From: a virus
Virus record (IMG/VR): IMGVR_UViG_3300006310_000001
Length of the DNA: 64,000 nucleotides
Strand: one strand, 5' to 3'
Positions 48,182 to 57,358 of the stretch are shown here, in pieces. The translations under genes were made by a program, and so were the position numbers. Positions within the stretch are counted from its first letter, which is position 1, and each line of letters begins with the position of its first letter. Under the pieces are notes generated by a model. The model worked only from the letters and a program-made list of their open reading frames with translations, made no database searches and was not told the origin of the DNA.

Positions 48182-48745
48182 TTCACGGTAAGGTAAATTA
48201 AAATTTTTATAACCATCAACGTCTAAAATTGCAACATTTTGCCAGCAAAAAATATCGTTTGGATTTTCATCAACATTTTGATTACAGGTAAAGTACATTT
48301 TAGGCAACAGCACTAATTTGTGTTTGTGATTAATATTCCACCTCTTTATCATCTTTTTCATAGCAGCTCTTCTTTTAATACCAGCTATTGAAAAGAAAGG
48401 TATCAAGTTTTTTTCTAACGCTATTTTTATATGTAAAGGTAATAAATGAGTTGTAGCAATTCCACCTGTTTGATAAGAATTCAATGTATTACTTCTTACC
48501 TTTTTAAAATAATAACATCTATCTAATACTCTTACAAAATTAGAAGGCCAAAATTTACTTTGAAACATTCCTGCCATTGCAATAACTTCATTTTCATATT
48601 CTACAATATGATAATTTAAATAATTTGATAGTCTTCTATCAAAATTGTGAAAATTATGATAAGAGTCTTTTACTGCTTTAGATGATAATTTAGATAATGT
48701 ATCTTTATCATTTAAAACATTTTTTATATTAATATCCGCCTTCAT
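48167..48745 (-). CDS. GNAT-like fold hypothetical protein
   Basis: YHIVEYENEVIAMAGM...VRVLDRCYYFKKVR strand/helix pattern resembles acyltransferases. Confidence 0.4.
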   Translation of the reverse strand: MKADINIKNVLNDKDTLSKLSSKAVKDSYHNFHNFDRRLSNYLNYHIVEYENEVIAMAGMFQSKFWPSNFVRVLDRCYYFKKVRSNTLNSYQTGGIATTHLLPLHIKIALEKNLIPFFSIAGIKRRAAMKKMIKRWNINHKHKLVLLPKMYFTCNQNVDENPNDIFCWQNVAILDVDGYKNFNLPYRELKRN

Positions 48746-49658
48746 TTGCTACCACGTGTTCAAAGAAAGGTGCAACTTTAAAATCAGGTGTTAATCTACC
48801 TCTTCTAGTTTGACCTGCAAAAGGTATTTTACCGCCATTGCCTTTCCAATTTGCTATTTTAAACCATATACCACTTTTATGTAATAGTTTACCTTCTTGT
48901 TCTTTTTTTAATGGAAAAATAAAACTATCTATTTCTGGTTCGGTGTTTTGATAGATAGGTTTGTTTCGCCACGATTCAATATAATCTACGCTAAGACCAG
49001 TTTGTTTACTTGCCAACCCTATCAAATCATCCATAGTATAATTTCCACTTTCATTATCATACATACTTCTACCAAGATTGCCTACATTTTTTATTCTAGC
49101 CATTACATTTTTAACTTCTAATCTTTCAAACATAGATAATAGTCTACTTATTACATCATCATTAATACCTTTTACAATAATTGTTCCTGTGTCAATAAGA
49201 AATTTATTATTTTTTAAATTTTCAAGAGCTTTTACTTTTTTAGTAGCACATCTTAACTCATCTATTTTCTCATACCAATCATCATTATCAGCACCATTCA
49301 TACTAATATAACAATGTGTTAAACCGTGTTGTTTTAAAGTTTTTACATATGAGTCATTTGCTAATCTTAAACCGTTTGTAATTAAAGTACACCTATGACC
49401 AGTTTTTTTAATAAGAGTTATCATTTCTGGTAAATCTTTACGCATAGTTGGTTCTGCACCAATAATTCGTATCATTGTTTTTTTAGGAAACTTTTTAATT
49501 GCCTCTAACATTTTGTTAATATCCATATCAGGTATTTCTCTATTTGGAATATAACAATTCTTACAATTCATATTACATCTATGTGTAACATCAATTACAA
49601 CATCTTGAAAAATGTTATTTTCAGGTTCTAGCTCGTAATAATTTGGTATTGTTTTCAT
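48729..49658 (-). CDS. Radical SAM enzyme without an obvious SPASM domain
   Basis: DVTHRCNMNCKNCY (CX3CX2C), IGAEPT, LITNGLRL. Confidence 0.85.
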   Translation of the reverse strand: MKTIPNYYELEPENNIFQDVVIDVTHRCNMNCKNCYIPNREIPDMDINKMLEAIKKFPKKTMIRIIGAEPTMRKDLPEMITLIKKTGHRCTLITNGLRLANDSYVKTLKQHGLTHCYISMNGADNDDWYEKIDELRCATKKVKALENLKNNKFLIDTGTIIVKGINDDVISRLLSMFERLEVKNVMARIKNVGNLGRSMYDNESGNYTMDDLIGLASKQTGLSVDYIESWRNKPIYQNTEPEIDSFIFPLKKEQEGKLLHKSGIWFKIANWKGNGGKIPFAGQTRRGRLTPDFKVAPFFEHVVANEGGY

Positions 49659-50166
49659 TAATCTCCATTTTTCCTAACAATGCAATTCTTTTATCTTTGT
49701 TAATATTGTATACCGAATGGTGATAAGCGGAGTTAATAAACCAAACCTCTCCTTCACGCATTATAATTTTATTTTTTTTTGAAATAAATTCGTGTTCGCC
49801 TTTTAACATAACAATTAATCTATAATAATAAGGGTTATCTAAATGTTCAGGTATATTTGATTTTTTTTCTAATTCTGCATATCTCCAATCAGATTTATCT
49901 ATAAAATTTTTTAAGCATTCTATATCAATATTAAAGTAATCTATATGCCTTTGATTATAAGTTTTTCCTGCTGGTGTTAAATAATTATGTTCTACACCAT
50001 ACACACCCTTTCTATTATTAATAGCACGTTCATTACTTATAGGTGTTTTATCAACATCTTTTAATAGAGATAATCTTTTACTTTCTTCAATATTACCAAG
50101 ATTAATAACTTCAGGAAGTTTTTTTAATCTAGCGTATTGGCGAAGAGTTTTTATATCTGTTTTCAT
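49621..50166 (-). CDS. Asp/Asn beta-hydroxylase-like 2OG-Fe(II) oxygenase
   Basis: IPEHLD, RLIVML, GEVWFINSAYHHSVYN, RIAL. Confidence 0.65.
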   Translation of the reverse strand: MKTDIKTLRQYARLKKLPEVINLGNIEESKRLSLLKDVDKTPISNERAINNRKGVYGVEHNYLTPAGKTYNQRHIDYFNIDIECLKNFIDKSDWRYAELEKKSNIPEHLDNPYYYRLIVMLKGEHEFISKKNKIIMREGEVWFINSAYHHSVYNINKDKRIALLGKMEINENNTKLLRART

Positions 50167-50711
50167 ATAAACAATTCTCCCTTTTGGTCTAATTCTGCCA
50201 ATTTTTCTATTGAATCATAAAAACATATTTGAAAAGTATATCTTGCTTTTTCACTTTTATTATCAACACTATGATTATTTCTAGTTGTAATGATTAAAGG
50301 TTTCTCTTTATAATATACAGCTTCATTAAAAGTTTCATCTTCATTATAATATTTTATGGGAGAAAAATCTTTTAATTCTGGATATAATGCCCAAGTAATA
50401 CAAGACGTTCTTCCAAGGTGGTCATCTTTATGAATACCATAGTTATTGTTACCTATTCCAGTTCCATCATTTGGAGCAAACTTCATAAAAACTGCTATAA
50501 AAAAATTCAATTTAGGGTTGGTCTTATTAATCATTTTTTTAACCAAACCTACTATAGGAACAGCTCCTTTGTATGTACTAACAACTTGTATTCCTGTAGG
50601 TGTTCCTTTATAAGTTTTATAATTTTCATAATTATAACTCATTGCTTCAGACAAAAGTTGCTTTCTTTCATCAATACTTATTATATCATTTATACATTGG
50701 TATGAGTTCAT
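50163..50711 (-). CDS. 2OG-Fe(II) oxygenase-like protein
   Basis: IHKDDHLGRTSCITW...TRNNHSVDN...RYTFQI. Confidence 0.55.
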   Translation of the reverse strand: MNSYQCINDIISIDERKQLLSEAMSYNYENYKTYKGTPTGIQVVSTYKGAVPIVGLVKKMINKTNPKLNFFIAVFMKFAPNDGTGIGNNNYGIHKDDHLGRTSCITWALYPELKDFSPIKYYNEDETFNEAVYYKEKPLIITTRNNHSVDNKSEKARYTFQICFYDSIEKLAELDQKGELFI

Positions 50712-51332
50712 TTAACTACTCATCATATTATGTAATATTAAATCAGTAGATTTTTCTGTTAAGATAGTATTTGCTACTATAAACATTGATTCTTGTTTAC
50801 TTGTAAATACTATATGTTCTTTAGCAGTATTTAAAAAATATAATCTTCCGTATTCAAAATTCAAAACTTTATTATCTAAAATAAAATAATTATATGGTGG
50901 ATTACAATTATAGATTGGAACAAATAATCTACACGTTGGTAATTCTCTATCAAAATGGTCTCTATGAGATGGAAATTGTCCACCCGCTGACATCTTAATA
51001 ATATGAGTTCTTCCTAAATGATTTTTAAATTTTGATAATACTGATTCAACATAAGGCCAAAAGGGGGTTAGAGTTTTAAAATCTGGTTCATTAAGTTTTA
51101 AATTATTTTCTCTATTATATTCTTTTATTGAATCCAAATCTGGTATGCCAGAAAAATTACCATCCAAACTAGTAATACTTAAACCATACCTAGCAATCTT
51201 TTTTCTAGGATTATATTGAACCCATTTATCATCAAATAATTTTAAACCTTCCTCAAATATTTTATACTTTAAATTACAATTCAAAGGAATAAGGTCGCCA
51301 TATCTTGCTATTGTGTCATATAAGTAACTCAT
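50712..51332 (-). CDS. Asp/Asn beta-hydroxylase-like 2OG-Fe(II) oxygenase
   Basis: GGQFPSHRD, RLFVPI, GRLYFLNTAKEHIVF. Confidence 0.65.
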   Translation of the reverse strand: MSYLYDTIARYGDLIPLNCNLKYKIFEEGLKLFDDKWVQYNPRKKIARYGLSITSLDGNFSGIPDLDSIKEYNRENNLKLNEPDFKTLTPFWPYVESVLSKFKNHLGRTHIIKMSAGGQFPSHRDHFDRELPTCRLFVPIYNCNPPYNYFILDNKVLNFEYGRLYFLNTAKEHIVFTSKQESMFIVANTILTEKSTDLILHNMMSS

Positions 51333-51334
51333 AT

Positions 51335-52087
51335 TTAATTCGTTCTCCTATTATCTTCAATATATTTCTTTACTTCATATTGAGGTTCCCAACCATAACT
51401 TGTCATTGCGTCTATGTTTGCTTTGTTGTCAAGTCTTTCAGTATCACCACCAACTCTTTTTTCAGGAGTAATTCCAAAGTAGTCCATCATATCAGTTAAC
51501 TTATTTGTAATACCTGTTCCTATATCTATTGCACCTGTCTTTTCAGGAAATGCTGTAATTGATTTTTGTCTTAATATAGATTCAATCGCTGAACAAATAT
51601 CATACACGTGTATAAAATCTCTACTATGATTTGTATTAACATATGGCACATCATTTTTTAAAATTTTTGGTATCAACATAGTATCTCTTGCACCTGGTCC
51701 ATATACAGTAGTAAATCTCATACCTAAACTATTTGCAGGAGCAATTTGTTCCATACTATACTTACTCATTGCATAAGGATTTCTCCAGGGTTCATATGCA
51801 GTACTTGAACTTGCATACAAAATTCTTGTATCTTTAAAATAGTCAAATATTCTTTGACTTACGATAACGTTTTGTTTCCAATAGTCTGTAGGATTTTCAA
51901 AACTTTGTCTGACACCAGATAGACCTGCCAGATGTACAACACAATCAACATCATATTTTAAATCACAGGTAAGTAATTCTTTACCTGTATTACGGTCTAA
52001 ACCAATTACATCAAAATGTTTTTCTGATAACCATACTGAAAGATTTTTACCAATAAATCCATCACTACCTGTTAATAATATCTTCAT
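51335..52087 (-). CDS. NAD-dependent nucleotide-sugar epimerase/dehydratase
   Basis: TGSDGFIG, VVHLAG, YASSS, PYAMSK (YxxxK), RFTTVYGP. Confidence 0.85.
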   Translation of the reverse strand: MKILLTGSDGFIGKNLSVWLSEKHFDVIGLDRNTGKELLTCDLKYDVDCVVHLAGLSGVRQSFENPTDYWKQNVIVSQRIFDYFKDTRILYASSSTAYEPWRNPYAMSKYSMEQIAPANSLGMRFTTVYGPGARDTMLIPKILKNDVPYVNTNHSRDFIHVYDICSAIESILRQKSITAFPEKTGAIDIGTGITNKLTDMMDYFGITPEKRVGGDTERLDNKANIDAMTSYGWEPQYEVKKYIEDNRRTN

Positions 52088-52650
52088 AATCCTATCACCA
52101 TATATCTTTCATACTTATCCAATTTTAAAGTGCCCCTATATAATACCTTTTCTAATTTTAAACTCTTCTCAAATTCTACTACACTATTATGACAATTAAT
52201 ATGCTCGTCAATTGAAAAATAATTATTTGATTGAAATATAACTAACGATCCTTTCTTTCTTCTCTTTAAAAAATCATCTATTAAATGTTGACCAAGATGT
52301 TCGCAAGAAGTACATATAACTATATTAAATCTTTTAATATCATAATACTTTACATCTGCTTCTGTAAATGTAATATCTTTATAAAGTCTTTGCCCAATCT
52401 TTTTACACATTAGGTCTTTATCAAAGGAAACAATCTCTCCTTTAGTATATTCTTTTAGCTTATTTGCTAAATGCCCATACCAACCTGCCGCTATAACTAC
52501 AGAAGGAGAATTAAAAAAGCTAAAGTATTTCGTTGACTTCTCTATAAGCCAATCTTTACTTTTCTCTTGATTTTCGTTTAGTGAATTTATAATAGACTTG
52601 ACCAGTCTATCCGTGGTCACTCCATCAATCACTTTTAATATAGTATCCAT
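52084..52650 (-). CDS. Class I SAM-dependent methyltransferase-like protein
   Basis: VVIAAGWYG glycine loop, SFDKD, IVICTSCEH. Confidence 0.55.
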   Translation of the reverse strand: MDTILKVIDGVTTDRLVKSIINSLNENQEKSKDWLIEKSTKYFSFFNSPSVVIAAGWYGHLANKLKEYTKGEIVSFDKDLMCKKIGQRLYKDITFTEADVKYYDIKRFNIVICTSCEHLGQHLIDDFLKRRKKGSLVIFQSNNYFSIDEHINCHNSVVEFEKSLKLEKVLYRGTLKLDKYERYMVIGL

Positions 52651-52657
52651 AATCTTT

Positions 52658-52682
52658 AATAAATAGTCTAGTATTATTTATA
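52658..52682. promoter_or_regulatory. Crossed divergent late promoters between the two arms of the island
   Basis: TATAAATA on the minus strand (52675-52682) and the variant AATAAATA on the plus strand (52658-52665); AATAAATA also occurs at the gene junctions 36250 and 44217. Confidence 0.65.
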
Positions 52683-53560
52683 TGAGTATGAAAAGAGCAA
52701 TTTACAGTATCTACATTGATGTGCCAGCGAAAGAGCATTATGGTAAATCAAAGCATAGAAAAGACACAGCAGAAAAGGCAATCATAACCGTTAATGCATT
52801 TAAAAAGCACTATAAAAGGTTAATTGAATCCAAACGCAACTATGCTGACACCATAGGTGCAACTTTTATTATGTTTGAATATGATAAACGTTATCAAACC
52901 TTTGAAAAAAATCTACGTAAAGACTTTCCAGAATTAACAGGTTATGAAATTGTAAATTTTTACAAGATACATTTACTATATGAACTAGCAAAAAAATATG
53001 ATGAAATTTTATATTTAGATTTTGATGCTGTACCTGTAACCAAAGATTCCTTTTTTGATATATGGGATATACAAAATCATATTGCTGTTTATAATAACAA
53101 TACTATGATTAATAAAATGATGATGAGTATAGATGAAATTAAACACGGCATTAGAAGTCCAACAGCAAAGTATTTTAATTGTCAAGCAATGCTTATAGAG
53201 AAAGGACTTGATCCTAAAAATGATGTTATCAATACTGGTATCATTGGTGCTTCAAAAGAACAAATTTTAAAATTAGATTTCTTTGGTGATTTTAAAGATA
53301 CAATAGATTTAATGACAAAATTAAGAAATGATAAAGATGGTATGTATCCACAAAATATTATTGATATGTTTAGATATGATAATGAAACAATCTTTTCATA
53401 TAAAGTAAATATAAATAAAATTGGTATACAATGGTTAGATAGAAGGTGGCATTACTTCTTTGATAGTCAACATTTTATACCAAAAGAAACAAAAATAGTA
53501 CACGCTGTCTGCAAAGACTTTGACGCCGTATGGAGATATGATGAAAAATATAATCTATAG
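52682..53560 (+). CDS. GT-A-fold glycosyltransferase-like protein
   Basis: YKIHLLY, ILYLDFDAVP (DxD), INTGIIG, WHYF, IVHAV. Confidence 0.65.
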   Translation: MSMKRAIYSIYIDVPAKEHYGKSKHRKDTAEKAIITVNAFKKHYKRLIESKRNYADTIGATFIMFEYDKRYQTFEKNLRKDFPELTGYEIVNFYKIHLLYELAKKYDEILYLDFDAVPVTKDSFFDIWDIQNHIAVYNNNTMINKMMMSIDEIKHGIRSPTAKYFNCQAMLIEKGLDPKNDVINTGIIGASKEQILKLDFFGDFKDTIDLMTKLRNDKDGMYPQNIIDMFRYDNETIFSYKVNINKIGIQWLDRRWHYFFDSQHFIPKETKIVHAVCKDFDAVWRYDEKYNL

Positions 53561-54398
53561 TATATACATAGAAAATAATGAACCTAATTTAAGTGAAAAA
53601 CATCAATTCACTAAAATACAATTAGCAAAACACTATCAAAAATTAATAGATGTTAAGAAAGAATATGCTAAGCATTGTAATGCTGAATATAGACTTTATG
53701 AAAACGACACCTATTGGCAAAAATTTAAAAAGAAATTTAGTGGTTATCAATTTGATATAATCAATCTATACAAGATACATATATGGGAAAAACTAGGTGA
53801 AGAATTTGACAATGTTCTTTATTTTGATTTTGATGTAGTACCAAATACAACTGAATCCTTTTTTGAAAAGTTTGATATGAATAAGATATGTGTTCACGCT
53901 CCCAATGCAACTAAAGAAAATATATGGAGTACAAGCGCATTAAAACGTTATAAGAAACAAATAAACACATATGAGGAAATAGTTAGCAATTTTGATGGAT
54001 ATAGTATGTACGTTAAAGCTATTGCTAAAAAATCAATGTTAGCATTAGATAACAATTTTGATACGGATTATTTAATAGCAAATACAGCTATATTAGGTGG
54101 CAATTCAAATGCTATAAAACAATTAAAATATACAGAAAAATTAGATGAACTTTTAGATGTTTTATATACAGCAAAAAAAGAAAAACTATTTGGAGAAGAA
54201 ATATCAAAACAATTTTTTCCTAACAATGAAGTCTTTTTCCATTATCTATTAGACAAGTATAATATAAATTGGTATAATATACCTAAAGAATGGCACACTT
54301 ATGTAATGCCAGAAGATGAACACACTAAAGAATTAAAATCTGCTAAACTAATACATTTAATTAGTAAGAAATTTGAAAAGTTATGGGAGATAATATAA
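53520..54398 (+). CDS. GT-A-fold glycosyltransferase-like protein, paralogue of the upstream gene
   Basis: YKIHIWE, VLYFDFDVVP, ANTAILG, NNEVFF, EWHTY, LIHLI. The true start is probably the ATG near 53538 after GGAG. Confidence 0.65.
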   Translation: MTPYGDMMKNIIYSIYIENNEPNLSEKHQFTKIQLAKHYQKLIDVKKEYAKHCNAEYRLYENDTYWQKFKKKFSGYQFDIINLYKIHIWEKLGEEFDNVLYFDFDVVPNTTESFFEKFDMNKICVHAPNATKENIWSTSALKRYKKQINTYEEIVSNFDGYSMYVKAIAKKSMLALDNNFDTDYLIANTAILGGNSNAIKQLKYTEKLDELLDVLYTAKKEKLFGEEISKQFFPNNEVFFHYLLDKYNINWYNIPKEWHTYVMPEDEHTKELKSAKLIHLISKKFEKLWEII

Positions 54399-55519
54399 TG
54401 TGGATATTTCCTATTGATTTAAAACTTGATATTACAACTAGATGTAATGCTGGATGTCCTCAATGTCATAGAACAAACTTAACTGGATTAAAAGCACACG
54501 AATGGTTACCAGATATTGTATGGTCTTTAGACCAATTTAAAAGAGCTTTTCCTGTACAAGTTGCTAAACACATTTATAATTATAATATTTGTGGTACGTG
54601 GGGAGACCCTTTAACAAATAATGACTTACTAGATATAGCAAGATATATTAGACAAGTAAATCCAGAAGCACATATTTCTATTAATACAAATGGTTCATTA
54701 AGAAATGAAGATTGGTGGTGGGAGTTTGGATCAATAGGAGGTAAAAACCTACACGTTGTTTTTGCTGTTGAAGGCACCACACAAAAAATGCACGAAAGAT
54801 ATAGACAGTTTACTTTTTTGGATAAAATTTTAAAAAATATGGAGATGTTATCTAACACTCCAGCAAGAATACGAGTTGATACTTTAGTATGGAAACATAA
54901 TGAAAATCATTTAGATGAAATTGAAAAATTAGTTATGGATCACGGAGCAACCAAACACAACAGAATTTTAACTGACCGTTGGGAAGGTCGTAATGAAATG
55001 ACTTTTTTTACTGGAAAAGAAACTGCAAGTTTAGAAAAAGCTGGTGTTGATTTTTCAAAAGAAGAAGAGACCTATAACAAACGTGAAGCAGATTGTTTTA
55101 CAGATGATGAAGGTAGAGAAAAAAAAGTTGGTGACTTTACTAAACAAACAACAAAATTAACAGTACTAGATAGTAAAATGGTTAAAAAAATAAGAAAAGA
55201 AAAAAAAGAAATAATAGATATAACTTGCAAATGGCAAAAAGCAAATAAACTTGAAATTGAATCAAGTGGTCAAGTTTTACCTTGCTGTTATTTCTCTAAT
55301 CCTTATTTTTTAGATGAACACAATCCTTCTAAAGAAAGTGATTTTATGAAACATCCAGTTATGAAAGAATATGAAAAATATAAAAAAGAACTTAATATTT
55401 TTACTTCTAGTTTACTAGATATAATAAATCATAAATGGTATACAGAAACATTACCTAATAGTTGGAATGATGTTAATGCTGTATGGCAATGCCAAAGACA
55501 TTGTGGAAAGTGTAAATGA
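54383..55519 (+). CDS. Radical SAM enzyme with a C-terminal SPASM/twitch-like Cys domain
   Basis: DITTRCNAGCPQC, CGTWGDP, INTNGS, GQVLPCCY, CQRHCGKC. Likely start is the ATG at 54398 (TAATG). Confidence 0.85.
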   Translation: MGDNIMWIFPIDLKLDITTRCNAGCPQCHRTNLTGLKAHEWLPDIVWSLDQFKRAFPVQVAKHIYNYNICGTWGDPLTNNDLLDIARYIRQVNPEAHISINTNGSLRNEDWWWEFGSIGGKNLHVVFAVEGTTQKMHERYRQFTFLDKILKNMEMLSNTPARIRVDTLVWKHNENHLDEIEKLVMDHGATKHNRILTDRWEGRNEMTFFTGKETASLEKAGVDFSKEEETYNKREADCFTDDEGREKKVGDFTKQTTKLTVLDSKMVKKIRKEKKEIIDITCKWQKANKLEIESSGQVLPCCYFSNPYFLDEHNPSKESDFMKHPVMKEYEKYKKELNIFTSSLLDIINHKWYTETLPNSWNDVNAVWQCQRHCGKCK

Positions 55520-56286
55520 TATACGATTTCTCAAATAGAAAAATTAATATAGACTCTAGTCATAAGTGTCCTTTAGAGTGTCCTAAATGTCAAAGACAAG
55601 CAATAAGAAGAACTGGACATCCAGTACCTGGACAAGATATGCCGTGGGATGATTTTATAAAAATTGCTAATTACTTTGAAAAGGGACTACTTTTTTGTGG
55701 TCAAATATCAGACCCTACTGCTAATCCTTTATTGATTAATATGTTAAAATATTGTTACAAAAAAAATATTCCAGTAACGATTAATACAGCATCCACACAC
55801 AAACCTGTAAAATGGTATGAAAAGGCATTTGAAGCAAACCCTAAAGGAGTTTGGTTGTTTGGTATTGATGGTCTACCTAAAGATAGTCACAAATATAGAA
55901 TTCATCAAGATGGTGAAAAATTATTTGAAATGGCAAAGTTATGTGCTAAAAAATGTAAAACTTCTGTTTGGCAATATATTGTTTTCAGATATAATGAATA
56001 TGATATAGAAGAAGCAAGAAGTATGGCAAAGGCAAACAATATTGAATTTGATTTAGTTTTTTCAGGTCGTTGGCATTACGGTGGTGACAAATATAAACCT
56101 AGAAATCCAAATTACTATGTTAACCGTTATAATGATGATTTACGAATGTTTAAAAATATAAAAAATAAAGGTTATAAAGATTGGAAAGTAGCATTAGATG
56201 AATTAAAAGATGAAAGATTTTTTAAAAATACACATAGTCCTAAAAAAACAATTTTATCAACTAGGAAAATAAATGAAAAAGATTAA
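55516..56286 (+). CDS. Radical SAM enzyme lacking a SPASM domain
   Basis: DSSHKCPLECPKC, CGQISDP, FGIDG, WQYIVFRYNE. Confidence 0.8.
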   Translation: MIYDFSNRKINIDSSHKCPLECPKCQRQAIRRTGHPVPGQDMPWDDFIKIANYFEKGLLFCGQISDPTANPLLINMLKYCYKKNIPVTINTASTHKPVKWYEKAFEANPKGVWLFGIDGLPKDSHKYRIHQDGEKLFEMAKLCAKKCKTSVWQYIVFRYNEYDIEEARSMAKANNIEFDLVFSGRWHYGGDKYKPRNPNYYVNRYNDDLRMFKNIKNKGYKDWKVALDELKDERFFKNTHSPKKTILSTRKINEKD

Positions 56287-57358
56287 TCCAAAATGTTTAT
56301 CGTTTAAAGAACTTTCTTATACAGCAACTGGTTATATAATGCCTTGTTGTTGGGTAGACACTCCTATAGCTTTAATAGAACCTCAAATAGCAAGATTAAG
56401 ACAAAAACATTTAAAACTTGCAAATAACGAAAAGATAGAAGATATTATTAATAGTAAAGAATGGAAAAACTTTTTTGAAGAATTAAAAACTAATCCAGCT
56501 ACACTTTGCCAAAGATTTTGTAGTGTACCTTTACATCATAGTGCTAATAGAGCAAGAGAAAACCCACACGACAAATACGCACTTACAGAAGATAGAAAAA
56601 CTAATATTAAAATATGTTGTGTTTATTTTGAAGGAAAATATTCACCTGATTATGTTGAAAAACTTTATAATGGATTAAAAAAATATTGTTTCCTACCATT
56701 TGAATTTATTTGTTATAGCGATAATCCAAATGTTAAAGCAGATAAAGTTATTCCTTTACCAAAAGATAGTAAAATAAAACGCCATTGGCATAAATTATCT
56801 TTCTTTAATCCAGAATTTATGGAACAAAATCCTAGAGATGAAATTATTATTATGGATATTGACCAGATTATTGTAAATAATATGGATGATTTAATAGGTT
56901 GGCCTGTAGTAGATAATGAATTAGTATCTTATGACAAATGGTGGGGATTACCAAAACCAAAAGTTCAAGGCGGTTTCTTTAAATTTAAATCTGGACAATG
57001 TAAAGTTATATGGGATACTTTTATAAAAGATCCAGAAAAATGGCAACTACATTATTATAATACAGGACAAGTACATTACAAATATTTTGGTGAACAAAAC
57101 TTTGTTGAAGATATAGCAACTAAAAATGATATAATAATATCTTTAGTTAAAGGTAAATGGATTGGTAAATATACTTTAGATAAAGAACAAAATTTAGAAA
57201 ATAATGTAGAGTATTGTAAAAGATTTGAAGAAGATTATATGATATTAGATAAACCACATCCTAATATAAAAATAGTACACTTTGCTGGACCCGAAACTGA
57301 TATACACTCTTGTAAAGAAGAATGGATTAAATCTTATTGGTATCTTCCCAAAGTTTAA
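56273..57358 (+). CDS. Fusion of an N-terminal SPASM-like Cys domain and a C-terminal glycosyltransferase-like domain
   Basis: PKC...GYIMPCCW...LCQRFC followed by CCVYFEGKYSPDYVEKLY, WHKLSFF, MDIDQII (DxD), GEQNF, IVHFAG. Confidence 0.7.
   Translation: MKKINPKCLSFKELSYTATGYIMPCCWVDTPIALIEPQIARLRQKHLKLANNEKIEDIINSKEWKNFFEELKTNPATLCQRFCSVPLHHSANRARENPHDKYALTEDRKTNIKICCVYFEGKYSPDYVEKLYNGLKKYCFLPFEFICYSDNPNVKADKVIPLPKDSKIKRHWHKLSFFNPEFMEQNPRDEIIIMDIDQIIVNNMDDLIGWPVVDNELVSYDKWWGLPKPKVQGGFFKFKSGQCKVIWDTFIKDPEKWQLHYYNTGQVHYKYFGEQNFVEDIATKNDIIISLVKGKWIGKYTLDKEQNLENNVEYCKRFEEDYMILDKPHPNIKIVHFAGPETDIHSCKEEWIKSYWYLPKV

Noticed and set aside
56270-56290. Programmed frameshift joining the radical SAM ORF to the SPASM-GT ORF
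   Set aside because: The second ORF has its own ATG in an ordinary short overlap like the rest of the operon, and I see no convincing slippery site plus structure. Left only as a check under the fusion finding.
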